NCBI GenBank assembly: GCA_963667255.1
Contig: OY762940.1
Coordinates: 192,001 to 256,000, forward strand
DNA length: 64,000 nucleotides
Origin: Candidatus Cloacimonadota bacterium
GTDB lineage: Bacteria > Cloacimonadota > Cloacimonadia > G963667145
Direction of reading: 5' to 3'
This document shows positions 20,389 to 30,453 of this stretch, in pieces. The first letter of the stretch is position 1. The number at the start of each line of letters is the position of its first letter. The translations under genes were made by a program, and so were the position numbers. Below the pieces are notes generated by a model, which saw nothing but the letters and a program-made list of their open reading frames with translations, did no database searches and was not told where the DNA came from.

Positions 20389-22998
20389 TCAATTATCTCC
20401 CTCTTCGTCTATTTGTATTTGCAGGGTTTCTTCTTCGTAGCAATACAAAGGAGCAATACTTTCTCCTCCTTTGTTATCCGACCTTATATAACCATCAGCT
20501 ACAATATTTTTAGAAATAAAAACATACAAATCCTTATTTTCTGGCTGTTGCCTCCGAAATACCAACCCCAAATTGTCTCCACTCAAAAAATGCTTCATCA
20601 CATTTCCTCTGGGCATACAATGAAATCCTTTGGACTTACCTGTAAAATATGTCCATCTGTCATCAAAAGGTCTGTAAGAAATTTTACAAATATTTTCTTC
20701 TTTTAACTCGGATTTTCGCAAATCATTTTGAGCCAAATCCACTTTCCAATCTCTCACATCTTTACCAAGATTGTATTTTGTTCTTGCTTCTTCTACATCC
20801 AATTGAACAAAATCAGAGATAATTTCCTTAACCTGTTCTTTTGTTTCATGAATAGTAAAATTATCTCTTGCGGTCACTATTCCAACGCTATTCACAGGAA
20901 ACAAATCAGCTACCGAAAACCCTTTTTCGTATTCGCCTTGCAAATCGTTGTCTTTCGGCACAAAAAAGTAGTTCGGCTCTTTGTATTCTATATCTTGCCA
21001 AGCGATACTGTCCAAGCTGTTCTCTTCCAAGAAGTTGTATTTGTCGTCTCTCCTACCATAGAGGTCGCAGTGACGGACCTTCGCCAAGCTCTGATTGTCG
21101 CCTCTCTTGACCAAAATGTTGATGCTCACTCCCTGCATAATGTCAAAGACATTCTCGTCCTTGCTTCCGTCGGGGCATACCTCTTTTTTCTTGGCGTTAC
21201 CGTGCAAATCGAGTGTGTAAATCTCGTCGAAACTTTGCAACAGATTCCAACGCATTCCCCTGAAAGTCGGGTTGTCCAAAAATCCGTGAGGATTGATAAA
21301 AGCCAAAATTCCCTCGCCGTTCTTGTCGATGTAGTGTTGACCGAAGCGAATAAATTTCACATAATCGTCGTTAATCCATTTGGAGTTCCGCTCTTGCAAT
21401 TTCACTTTGCCACCCGGCTCTTTTTTGTAATCTTCCATAATGCTCATTATCCAGTCGCCTTTGTTGGCACTTTCGCCACTATACGGAGGATTGCCAATGA
21501 CGCACATCACTGGGGTGTCTCGCTTGATGTGGTTCGCCTCGTTTGCCTCTGTGCTGAGCCATGCGGAGAATATCGTGCCTGTGTCGGGGTGTTCCTCCTC
21601 AAGTGAGTTGGTCAGATAGATGTTGAAGCGTTGATTTTTGTTGGGAATGTAGCCAGTCTCCCCAAGGAGCATATCCAGCTTGAGATGTGCCATAGAGTAG
21701 CTCGCCATCAGCAGCTCAAAGCCGTTGAGCCGTGGGATAAGATGCTCGTCCACATAGGCACTCCACGCACCTTGCATCGACCGAAATCGCTTCTCATAGA
21801 TGAACTTGACCACTTCTGCCAAGAATGTGCCTGTGCCTGTTGCGGGGTCTAAGATTTGCACCTTGTGGACTTCTTTGTCGATTTGTTTGAAGCCTGTCTT
21901 GGAGCGATTGTCCAGCGTTTGTGTGTCCACCTTTATCATGCTTTTGCTGGTGTCGGCTATGCCTGCCGTCAGTCCGAAATCGTCTCTCAGCACTTTGTCC
22001 ACTGCTCTCACGATGAACTTGACTACCGGCTCGGGAGTATACCACACGCCTCTGGCTTTCTTGAGTTTTGGGTCGTATTCTCCGAGGAAGGTCTCGTAAA
22101 AATGGATTATCGGGTCTTGCATTTTGGTGGATTTGCCGAAATTCTTCAACAGCTCTTTGATGTTGGTAGCTCTAAACACATCGGCGAGGTTGTCCACTGT
22201 GGTTTTTATCCGCTCGTCTATGTCGGGACCTGCGATGTAACCGAAGAGCCTCCGCAAGAATGGGTTGGATTTGGGTATCAGCTCGGCTGCTTCATTTCTG
22301 CTAAAATCGTCCAAAGTCTTGTCGTGCAGTCGGGCGGCAAACATCCCGTAAGCCAAGGTCTGCGAATAGATGTCGGCGAAATCATTGATTTGCAAATCGT
22401 GAATGAGAATGTTCTTGAACGCCTGAAACTGACCTTGCAGGGAGCTGTTCTCCATAGTCTGTTCGTCCGCATTGAGAGCCTCTTCCAAGATGTTTTTCAG
22501 GAGTTTAGCTTTGCCCGCCATCATCTTGGCAAGTTTGGCGGGAGACTTTATCGTCTGCCCGATGTATTGGCAAAAGTCTTTGAGCAAATTCTCAAAGTAA
22601 GCGAAATTGTCCGCAAGTGCCACAACTTTGCCGTCCATTATCTCGGCTATGCGTATCTCGTGAGTTAGTTCGCCATTTTGATAGAACCTAAACCACAGAT
22701 AGTCGGTGATTATCAGGTTGTCCAGAGCGTTGCGATAGCGGTCAAATTGCTCTTTGTAGCCCTTGGCTGCCAAGTCCTTGCCCACATCTTTTGCCTCTAT
22801 GTAACCGACGGGGATTTTGCCCTTGGTCAGCACATAGTCAGGGTTGCCACAGTCCGTCACATTCGCCGGCTCATTCGTCACTTCCACACCGGTGGTCAGC
22901 CCACGCACCAGCTCTTCCAAATCGCCTCTGTAACTATGCTCTCTGCTGATGCCCGAGGCGTATCGCTTGCTGACTTTCGCTAGATAATCACTAATCAT
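20389..22998 (-). CDS. Type IIG/ISP-like restriction-modification enzyme (nuclease + N6-adenine MTase + target recognition region), lacking C-terminal ~200 aa
   Basis: PD...YIEAK nuclease motif, YTPEPVV, ILDPATGTGTF (motif I), GNPPY (motif IV), ISYRPFD; no helicase motifs seen. Confidence 0.85.
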   Translation of the reverse strand: MISDYLAKVSKRYASGISREHSYRGDLEELVRGLTTGVEVTNEPANVTDCGNPDYVLTKGKIPVGYIEAKDVGKDLAAKGYKEQFDRYRNALDNLIITDYLWFRFYQNGELTHEIRIAEIMDGKVVALADNFAYFENLLKDFCQYIGQTIKSPAKLAKMMAGKAKLLKNILEEALNADEQTMENSSLQGQFQAFKNILIHDLQINDFADIYSQTLAYGMFAARLHDKTLDDFSRNEAAELIPKSNPFLRRLFGYIAGPDIDERIKTTVDNLADVFRATNIKELLKNFGKSTKMQDPIIHFYETFLGEYDPKLKKARGVWYTPEPVVKFIVRAVDKVLRDDFGLTAGIADTSKSMIKVDTQTLDNRSKTGFKQIDKEVHKVQILDPATGTGTFLAEVVKFIYEKRFRSMQGAWSAYVDEHLIPRLNGFELLMASYSMAHLKLDMLLGETGYIPNKNQRFNIYLTNSLEEEHPDTGTIFSAWLSTEANEANHIKRDTPVMCVIGNPPYSGESANKGDWIMSIMEDYKKEPGGKVKLQERNSKWINDDYVKFIRFGQHYIDKNGEGILAFINPHGFLDNPTFRGMRWNLLQSFDEIYTLDLHGNAKKKEVCPDGSKDENVFDIMQGVSINILVKRGDNQSLAKVRHCDLYGRRDDKYNFLEENSLDSIAWQDIEYKEPNYFFVPKDNDLQGEYEKGFSVADLFPVNSVGIVTARDNFTIHETKEQVKEIISDFVQLDVEEARTKYNLGKDVRDWKVDLAQNDLRKSELKEENICKISYRPFDDRWTYFTGKSKGFHCMPRGNVMKHFLSGDNLGLVFRRQQPENKDLYVFISKNIVADGYIRSDNKGGESIAPLYCYEEETLQIQIDEEGDN

Positions 22999-23275
22999 TT
23001 TTACCTACTATTTTATGAAATTCTCAAAACTAAAGTTCTACTCTGACAGGTTATGAAACTTCAAGCAAATAAATCAAGCGTTATTTAAAATTTTTGCAAA
23101 AAACTTAAATAGCAAACTCCTTAATTAAGATTTTGCCGATTTTCTTAATTAGTGGGAAGATTATTTAAGAGTCGCGAGAATAGCCTAACCACAAAAGCAC
23201 CAAGCAATAGAATAGTCTTGTGTTTGGCTACGCAGTTCAGTCTCTTGAGCCTTTGCAGAGACTAAAAAACAATCT

Positions 23276-23355
23276 CACTCCCAAGCTGGAGATTGAGAGT
23301 GTATATGTGCTTTCTAATTCCCTTATGCATTCCCAAGCTGGAGCTTGGGAACGAG
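23276..23355 (+). repeat. Two REP copies (degenerate 23276-23305, intact 23324-23355)
   Basis: CCCAAGCTGGAG core in both. Confidence 0.8.
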
Positions 23356-23402
23356 TAAAAAGTTGTGGTTGGCTGGAAATTGAGAGGCGAGTTCCTGAAA
23401 AG

Positions 23403-23521
23403 CAACTGATAGTATCTCAACCTCTCCCCAACTGGATTCCCGCTTTCGCAGGAACGAGGCAAGAAGAGCAAGAAGCCCAAACATCCCGCACCCTCATACC
23501 CGTGAAAACGGGTATCCATTC
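23403..23521. repeat. 119-bp REP doublet element, copy 2
   Basis: Near-identical to 15339-15457. Confidence 0.85.
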
Positions 23522-23580
23522 TTGGCTCATTTCTTAGAAAAAGCAACTGCTGTCTCCCCTGTCCCTCTGAGCGAAAACAA

Positions 23581-23629
23581 AAAACACTGGCGAGTTTACT
23601 CAGCCAGTGTTCCGCAATTTTTCATTTTT
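23581..23629 (-). terminator. Intrinsic terminator after Smr gene; direct repeat of 16482-16530
   Basis: - strand AACACTGGCTGAGTAAACTCGCCAGTGTTTTTT. Confidence 0.8.
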
Positions 23630-23634
23630 CATTC

Positions 23635-24096
23635 TTATTTTTTATCTAAAAGAAACCTCTCCCACACCCGAAACTTCCCCTTCTGCTTCTCTGCCAATAA
23701 GCCACTCTTCACAAGCGAACTGAACGCAGTCTGCACCACTTCTACTCCTGACTTGTGAAATTTGGAAAAGATTTTTTCCTTGGTTTTTGGATTCTCACAG
23801 AAATCCAAAATCTTCTGCTCCAACCCCTGTGCAACACTAATTTTCTCCGAGCCGACAACGACCAAAGTTTGCCCAAGATTGCAACGAACTCCATCTTTTT
23901 CGGTAAAAAACTTAACCCCTACACTTTTTAGAAAAGCACGCACTTTCCGCTTGAGAATGCCGTCGCTTCCTCCTGAGCCATAACCATGCACCACCACCAG
24001 TTCACAGTGCGGAGAGCCGACCAAGCTGTTGTATTTTTGCACCAGAGTCGCCAAGCCTTCTTGCACTGTCAGCCCATGCAAATCAACTTCCATCAT
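23635..24096 (-). CDS. Smr-domain protein with small C-terminal domain
   Basis: VDLHGLT, VVHGYGSGG..GILK Smr motifs. Confidence 0.8.
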   Translation of the reverse strand: MMEVDLHGLTVQEGLATLVQKYNSLVGSPHCELVVVHGYGSGGSDGILKRKVRAFLKSVGVKFFTEKDGVRCNLGQTLVVVGSEKISVAQGLEQKILDFCENPKTKEKIFSKFHKSGVEVVQTAFSSLVKSGLLAEKQKGKFRVWERFLLDKK

Positions 24097-26249
24097 TGCA
24101 CGAAATAGTCGTAAATATCTTGCTCCCCAGTCAATTGCAAAAGCTTTTCCGATTTGTCCATAGAGTCCACCTTTTGGGCGAGCTGAGTCATTATCTGGAT
24201 GTGCGGAGAAGCGTTTTTATTGGAAGAAAGTATCAGCACAAAAATCTTCGTCGGTCTTTTGTCCATCGAACCGGCATCAATATCTTTTGCGGAAATCCCT
24301 ATCGCCACTACGCCATACTCCACGGCATCGGTTTTGGCATGCGGAAAACAAGCATAATTGCCAAAAGCGGTAGAAGCTGTATGCTCCCGTGCCAAGACCG
24401 CCTGCAAAGCCAACTCCTTGTTCTTTATCATCCCCGCATCCCCCAAGCAATTCATCATCTCCTCGATGATGCTATCCACATTATTGCCCTTCAGATTGGG
24501 GATAATCGCCTGCCGACACACAAAATCTTTGAGCTTGATTTTGCTCTTCTCATTCACTACAATCTCTTTGTTGCCGAGAGTCGGACGGAGATTTTTTTTC
24601 TGAGTGCTCACCTCTCCCTTGAGCAAATTCATCTCTTCCACCAACTGCGTAAGTGCCTCATTGATAAGAGCTTTCACGAAATCGATGTTTTCGCTTTGTG
24701 TCTCAACCTTGATTTTCCTCGGCATCACCAGCAACTTGATATTAATCAAATCTTTCCTGATGTAATAAAGTTTGTTCTCCAGTCGCAATGCATGAATAAA
24801 AAAGCCTTCGTTCCGAAAAAACTCAATCGTCGTGTCCGCCAAAAAACTGGTAAATTGCTGCGTAGCAAATTTGAACTCCACCACTTGCATATTCTCGCCA
24901 ACGCCTTTTTGCTCAATTCCCACTTTGTCCTTTTCAAACAGATGTCCAATCACGGGCGAAGCGACGGCAGTGCTCAGCAAAACCAAAATAATGGCACAGC
25001 CGAAAATATCGGTGGAGATATATCCACCGGCAAGACCGATGCCAGCCACGATGGTGGTTACCTCTCCGCGAGGGACCATCCCAAAGCCTATTCGCAAAGC
25101 TCCCAGAGGATTGAACCCCAAGAGCAAACTGGGCAACCCGCAACCCAATATCTTGGCGATTATCGCTACAGCAGAGAAAAACAATCCGAAGAGCAACACC
25201 GAGCTTTCCCCGAAAACCCACACATCGACCATCATTCCCACTACCACGAAAAAAATCGGCACAAACATCACCTTCAGAAGTTCCACACTATCCAAAATGG
25301 TGAAACTGATGTCCGTCTTGGACAAGGACAACCCCGTAACATACGCCCCGATAATCATCGCCAATCCTGCTTTCTCGAAAATTCCGGCTACCAAAAGTGC
25401 CAACCCGAAAGCCAGCGTAGAGAAAATATAACGATTCTTGAAAAACTTGAGCGTCTTGGAAATTTTATGAGCGAAGACCAGTCCCAACAACGTAAAGAGA
25501 AGCCAAACACCGACAGCTTTTCCGCCTATCAAAAAAACCTTAGTCCAGTTCATCGCAGCACCACTACTCAGCGAGCCGATTATCCCCAAAACGATGGCGA
25601 AAATTATAATGCCCGAAATGTCGTCCAACACTGCGATAGACAATATCGTCACACCCTCGGCAGAGCTTAGCTTCCGCTTTTCCGAAATTATCCTCGCTGT
25701 CGCCCCGATGGAAGTTGCCGTGGACAAAATCCCGAGAAATAAGCAGGTCGGACTCATGAACCCTTTGTCGAAATAGAGCATTCCGGCGAGAGCAGCCAAC
25801 CCGAACGAGAAAATAACATCGGCAGCTATGAACAACGAAAATTTGCCAATCAGCTTCTTGATAGAGCCACCGCCAAAGCTCATTATCATCTCCAAGTCAG
25901 TCTCCAAACCGGCACAAAAAAGCAGAACGATGGAGGCAAAAGTTGAGATGGAATATAGAGCCGGCGAAATGGGGAAGCTCCCATCAACGAGCGGAAAAAT
26001 CCCTTCGGGGAAACCTGCAAATCCCATAGAGCCAAGCAAATACGGTCCAATGACTATTCCGGCACTTATCTCTCCGAGAACAGACGGCAATCCTATTTTT
26101 TTGAATAAATCTCCGAAAATCTTCGCCGCAAAGATTATCACGCCGATTTGCACTACCAACATCGTGGCTTCCTCGATAGCCCCGTTCTCCTTAGCGAACA
26201 CAAGAGAAAAACAACCCAAAAATAAAACTACCGACAACATCTTTTTCAT
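24093..26249 (-). CDS. CPA2 cation/proton antiporter fused to PTS EIIA-type domain
   Basis: LPSVLGEI, ATSIG, DD, GMVPRGEV; C-terminal RE..STA.G...PHAK. Confidence 0.85.
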   Translation of the reverse strand: MKKMLSVVLFLGCFSLVFAKENGAIEEATMLVVQIGVIIFAAKIFGDLFKKIGLPSVLGEISAGIVIGPYLLGSMGFAGFPEGIFPLVDGSFPISPALYSISTFASIVLLFCAGLETDLEMIMSFGGGSIKKLIGKFSLFIAADVIFSFGLAALAGMLYFDKGFMSPTCLFLGILSTATSIGATARIISEKRKLSSAEGVTILSIAVLDDISGIIIFAIVLGIIGSLSSGAAMNWTKVFLIGGKAVGVWLLFTLLGLVFAHKISKTLKFFKNRYIFSTLAFGLALLVAGIFEKAGLAMIIGAYVTGLSLSKTDISFTILDSVELLKVMFVPIFFVVVGMMVDVWVFGESSVLLFGLFFSAVAIIAKILGCGLPSLLLGFNPLGALRIGFGMVPRGEVTTIVAGIGLAGGYISTDIFGCAIILVLLSTAVASPVIGHLFEKDKVGIEQKGVGENMQVVEFKFATQQFTSFLADTTIEFFRNEGFFIHALRLENKLYYIRKDLINIKLLVMPRKIKVETQSENIDFVKALINEALTQLVEEMNLLKGEVSTQKKNLRPTLGNKEIVVNEKSKIKLKDFVCRQAIIPNLKGNNVDSIIEEMMNCLGDAGMIKNKELALQAVLAREHTASTAFGNYACFPHAKTDAVEYGVVAIGISAKDIDAGSMDKRPTKIFVLILSSNKNASPHIQIMTQLAQKVDSMDKSEKLLQLTGEQDIYDYFVQ

Positions 26250-26384
26250 ACACAACCTCTTTCCTAAAAAAGCTAACTTGGACAAGGCATCTATACCGAG
26301 TTTTCGTCAACAAGATTAAAAAAAATAAATTAACCAATTTTTATTTGACACGGAAACCATAAATTTGAGATTGGAAAATGTTGA

Positions 26385-26461
<77 letters not shown>

Positions 26462-26469
26462 TTTTTTTT

Positions 26470-26546
26470 GGCGACATAGCTCAGTTGGTTAGAGCATCGG
26501 AATCATAATCCGAGTGTCCGGGGTTCGAGTCCCTGTGTCGCTACCA
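26470..26546 (+). tRNA. tRNA with CAT anticodon, probably elongator Met (Ile2 not excluded)
   Basis: GGCGACA/TGTCGCT acceptor, TCGGA-ATCATAA-TCCGA, GTTCGA, CCA. Confidence 0.9.
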
Positions 26547-26558
26547 ATTTTCTGTAGT

Positions 26559-26635
26559 GCGCCAATAGCTCAGCTGGATAGAGCAACGGCCTTCTAAGCC
26601 GTAGGTCTCAGGTTCGAATCCTGATTGGCGTGCCA
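26559..26635 (+). tRNA. tRNA-Arg(TCT)
   Basis: GCGCCAA/TTGGCGT acceptor, ACGGC-CTTCTAA-GCCGT, CCA. Confidence 0.95.
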
Positions 26636-26652
26636 TTTATTAGTTTAAACTT

Positions 26653-27204
26653 TCACTGCTTAACTTTACAAGTGCCAATACGAATTTTCATCGCCATTTT
26701 CTTTGAAACTTGCTTTTCGTCGAAATCTTTTTCGCCCAAACATACCATCTCATCATCTTGAAAGCCTATCTTGAATTTAACATCTGCAACATCTAATAAT
26801 TCATCCCCAAAACTAACACTTACAACTTTCAATCGTGAAATAGTTCTAAGGATTCTTACATTAAGATAATTGTTACGCAACCTGTCAGAACGACCTGCAT
26901 ATTTGTCTATTGCCATAGGTCCTGAAGGTAATTTCCCAAGACACCTGTCAGACTCTTGCCCGTAATCAAATTTTACCTTCAACTCATCAATTTCGATAAT
27001 TTTGCCTTGTTTATCTCGAAAAAAAGAATCATAAACAACTAAGAATTCGTTAAGAACTTTATCTACGCTATCAGAATATTCTTTCTGCCAATCAGTTTGT
27101 GAATTCCACAATATCTTTAGAAATTTATAAATGAGAAAAAGAATTAAAAGGAAAACAAAACAACAAAAAAAATGATATAAGGCTACTTTACTTTGATAAT
27201 CCAC
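26653..27204 (-). CDS. Hypothetical protein with N-terminal membrane anchor
   Basis: 183-aa ORF, AT-rich, hydrophobic N-terminus, follows LysM gene. Confidence 0.5.
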   Translation of the reverse strand: MDYQSKVALYHFFCCFVFLLILFLIYKFLKILWNSQTDWQKEYSDSVDKVLNEFLVVYDSFFRDKQGKIIEIDELKVKFDYGQESDRCLGKLPSGPMAIDKYAGRSDRLRNNYLNVRILRTISRLKVVSVSFGDELLDVADVKFKIGFQDDEMVCLGEKDFDEKQVSKKMAMKIRIGTCKVKQ

Positions 27205-27213
27205 AAAATATCC

Positions 27214-28323
27214 CTAATTGAAGTTTAAAACTTTTCGCGGATCAACAGCTTTTCCTTTTACCCTATACTCGAAGTGCAATTGCGGACTATCCACACGACC
27301 AGTTTCTCCGAGTTTTGCTATCGGCTGACCTGCTGACACTTTATCGCCACTACGCACCAGATTGGTTTTGTTGTGAGCATAGACAGTCATCACAAACTTC
27401 TCATGCTCCAGAACTATCACATTGCCATAGCCTCTCTGCTCTCCGGCGAAAATCACTTTGCCCGCCAAAACTGCGTTCACGGGCTGACCATCCTTGCCAG
27501 CTATATCGATGCCTTTATTCATTACGACACCTTGATTGCCAAAATTGGAAACAACTCGTCCACCCTCCACGGGCAAATTGAGCTTGGAGTGCTGAGGTTT
27601 AGCTTGAGAAATTGTTTTGGAGGTAACTCTGGCTACGCTCGGAGCAACTTTGGTAGCTACCCTTTTCGCTGCAATTATCGTTCCTCCACCTATTCCGGCA
27701 CTAACGCTCGTCCTCACACTATTCGCTGTTGCCGTAGCAGCCAAACTCTTGACCGCTGACCTTTTGGGAGCAGTGTAAGTTACGCTTTTCTTGGAAATCT
27801 CGGACTCCTTCTTCACCTTGCCGGCAACAAGCCAAACCTTTTGCCCTGTCTGCACCTGCATACTCTCCAACTCGTTGTTCGCTACCAAATCCAACACGAA
27901 AATCCCATACATCTGCGAAATATCCGCCAAAGTCTCGCCATTTGCCACAATGTGGTATTTTGCAGCGGGCATCTCTCTCTTCGTAATCATCTTGGGATAA
28001 GCTCGCACATTAGGCGTAAAATAGATTTTCTGACCAACAAAAATCTCGTCATCAACTAAATTGTTGTAAAATTTCAACTTGTTTACCGGAATTTTGCACG
28101 ACTTGCTGATTTGGTAGAGATTTTCTCCCCGCTGAACAATGTGATACTCATCCGAGGGCGTGACATAAACGGGATTGCTATAAGCCTGATTGAGGTCAGC
28201 GATGCTCTTCTCATTCTTTGTGGAACTCTCCACAGCCTTGGGATCTTTGTTGTATATAACAGCAGGGGCACACGCCGTCATCAAAAAGCTAACTAAACAA
28301 AATCTCAAAATTCTTTTTGTCAT
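27214..28323 (-). CDS. LysM/M23 lipoprotein (NlpD-like)
   Basis: Lipobox-like MTAC, two LysM repeats, GIDI, YAH, PQLHFE (degenerate Zn site). Confidence 0.85.
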   Translation of the reverse strand: MTKRILRFCLVSFLMTACAPAVIYNKDPKAVESSTKNEKSIADLNQAYSNPVYVTPSDEYHIVQRGENLYQISKSCKIPVNKLKFYNNLVDDEIFVGQKIYFTPNVRAYPKMITKREMPAAKYHIVANGETLADISQMYGIFVLDLVANNELESMQVQTGQKVWLVAGKVKKESEISKKSVTYTAPKRSAVKSLAATATANSVRTSVSAGIGGGTIIAAKRVATKVAPSVARVTSKTISQAKPQHSKLNLPVEGGRVVSNFGNQGVVMNKGIDIAGKDGQPVNAVLAGKVIFAGEQRGYGNVIVLEHEKFVMTVYAHNKTNLVRSGDKVSAGQPIAKLGETGRVDSPQLHFEYRVKGKAVDPRKVLNFN

Positions 28324-28567
28324 AATTACCTATCTTTACGCATTTTACATCGTCCACTCTGGCAAAAATCGGTCCATTGCTCAACTCTTCTTCAAAAAAT
28401 TTTCGCTGCTCTTCCGTAGCAAAACAAGCTAAAACTTCCACTCTGCCATCCGACAAATTTCTGACATATCCGCATATCCCCAAGCCGACAGCTTTTTTAT
28501 ACACAAACTTCCTGTAGCCGACTCCCTGCACTCTGCCACTTACAAAATAGCAAAACGATTTTGTCAT
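28289..28567 (-). CDS. acyP: Acylphosphatase
   Basis: [23 protein letters not shown]. Confidence 0.93.
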   Translation of the reverse strand: MTKSFCYFVSGRVQGVGYRKFVYKKAVGLGICGYVRNLSDGRVEVLACFATEEQRKFFEEELSNGPIFARVDDVKCVKIGNYDKKNFEILFS

Positions 28568-30453
28568 TTATTGAGCTGAAGATTGTATAAATTTTGATAC
28601 TGCGGACAAGACTGCAAAAGCTCATCATGCTTGCCAACGCCGACAATCTCGCCACTGTCCATCACCACTATCTTATCAGCGGAAATCACCGTGGACAGCC
28701 TATGAGCTATCACAAAAACAGTGCGGTCAGCGGTAACTCTGTCAATGGCAGTTTGCACATTTTTTTCCGCAATCGTGTCCAAGGCGGAAGTCGCCTCATC
28801 AAAAATCAAAATCGGCGGGTCGGAAACCACAGCCCGAGCAATACAAATTCTCTGCTTTTGTCCGCCCGAGAGATTTGCACCTTTGGATGTCAAAACCTGC
28901 TGATATCCGTTAGGCAATTTCCCGATAAATTCGTCGGCAAAAGCTGTCTTGGCAGCCTCGACAACCGCTTTTTCATCGACAACTCCGTGATGTCCGTAAG
29001 CAATATTATTGAAAATCGTATCCGAAAAAAGAATGGAATTTTGCGTAACTATCCCGAACAGCGAACGCAACGAACGGAGCGTAAATTCGCGAGTGCAAAC
29101 CCCATCAACGAGGATTTCCCCATCGGAATAATCGTAAAATCTGGGGAGCAAATTTACCAAAGTGGTTTTCCCGCTGCCGGAAGCACCCACAAAAGCAACC
29201 GTTTCCCCTTTCAACACATCCAGATTAATATTCTTGAGAACTTTGTCTCCGCCCTCGCTATAGACAAAAGACAGGTTTTTGAACTCAATCTTTTCTGCAA
29301 AATTTTCAACGGCAAGAGCGTTCTTCTTCTCAACGACACCCGTTTCCAAATCCAAAATCGTGAACACTCTATCCAGAGAAACATTGGCTTTTTTCAGGTC
29401 AGCATAGCATTTGCTAATCACCTTCGTTGGATGAAGCATGGAAGCCACAGCAGCCAAAAATACCATAAAATCGCCGAAAGTAAATCCGCCGTTACCTGCC
29501 AAAACAGTCGCTCCACCCAAAAGCAAGATTATCACTATCGTCAAAATGGAGTTGACCTCGGACAACGGAGTGTTGATGGTGCTATACATAAGCGATTTCA
29601 GCTCATATCGCAAATGTGTGGAGTTGATTTCGTTGAATTTTTTCCGCTCTTCCGCCTCTTTGCAAAAAGCTTTCACTATCCACACATTTGCCAAAGATTC
29701 CTCCACATGAGAAAAAAGGTCGGAAAACTTGGCTTGAATTTTTTGAGAATATTTCTTGATTTTTTTACCAATCAACCCGATTATCAAAGGGAAAAGAGGC
29801 AAAACAACGATACTAATAAAAAACAGCTTGGCGTTCATAGAGATGGCTAACACCAAGAAAGCCAACACGATAAGACTATTGCGAATAATCTCCATCAAAG
29901 ATGTAATGTAAAGCAGGCTGATGATGTCCACATCGTTCACCATCCGCACCATAGAGTCGCCAACTTTATTCTTGGAAAAAAACAACAAAGATTGCCGCAT
30001 ATAGCTTTCGAACATCTTGTCCCGAACATCCCTGATAGTCAGATATTTCAATTTACCAAAGCAAATCTTGTCTCCGTAAAAAAAGAGATTTTTGGCAAGA
30101 ATCGCCACAACGGCAAAAGAACCGACAATCATCAAAAGCAGAAAAGGGTCTGTGCTGAGGAGCAAACCTTTTGAAACATCCCAAAATGGAGCGAAAGCCT
30201 CTTCTCCGCTAAAAATTTGCGACAAAGATGGGAAATACTCCAAACAACTTAATACCCCCTGCCAAAAAGATTTCAGGTCGGTTATGGTGTTCATCGCTCC
30301 GGACTCACGGACAAAGATGAAATCCAAAACAGGCTTCACAAAGGTGATAGACACAGCCGAAAACAGGGAGTATCCCACCATGAAAATAAACCCGAAAACC
30401 AAGAATGTCCAGTGCCTTAGGGCAATTTTGTATAATCGCTTAACATTATTCAT
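28564..30453 (-). CDS. ABC exporter, MsbA-like (TMD+NBD)
   Basis: [24 protein letters not shown]. Confidence 0.9.
   Translation of the reverse strand: MNNVKRLYKIALRHWTFLVFGFIFMVGYSLFSAVSITFVKPVLDFIFVRESGAMNTITDLKSFWQGVLSCLEYFPSLSQIFSGEEAFAPFWDVSKGLLLSTDPFLLLMIVGSFAVVAILAKNLFFYGDKICFGKLKYLTIRDVRDKMFESYMRQSLLFFSKNKVGDSMVRMVNDVDIISLLYITSLMEIIRNSLIVLAFLVLAISMNAKLFFISIVVLPLFPLIIGLIGKKIKKYSQKIQAKFSDLFSHVEESLANVWIVKAFCKEAEERKKFNEINSTHLRYELKSLMYSTINTPLSEVNSILTIVIILLLGGATVLAGNGGFTFGDFMVFLAAVASMLHPTKVISKCYADLKKANVSLDRVFTILDLETGVVEKKNALAVENFAEKIEFKNLSFVYSEGGDKVLKNINLDVLKGETVAFVGASGSGKTTLVNLLPRFYDYSDGEILVDGVCTREFTLRSLRSLFGIVTQNSILFSDTIFNNIAYGHHGVVDEKAVVEAAKTAFADEFIGKLPNGYQQVLTSKGANLSGGQKQRICIARAVVSDPPILIFDEATSALDTIAEKNVQTAIDRVTADRTVFVIAHRLSTVISADKIVVMDSGEIVGVGKHDELLQSCPQYQNLYNLQLNK

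Noticed and set aside
20230..20706. ORFs starting in or made of REPs (20230-20706, 23220-23537, 23262-23546)
   Set aside because: MHSQAGAWER and similar peptides are translations of the repeat itself.
17321..23355. 33-bp palindromic repeats as a CRISPR array
   Set aside because: Spacing is irregular (hundreds to thousands of bp), orientation is mixed and no cas genes are present; a RAYT is adjacent.
26636..27204. AT-rich ORF after tRNA-Arg as an integrated element
   Set aside because: No duplicated tRNA 3' end or integrase seen; the gene continues the upstream - strand operon.
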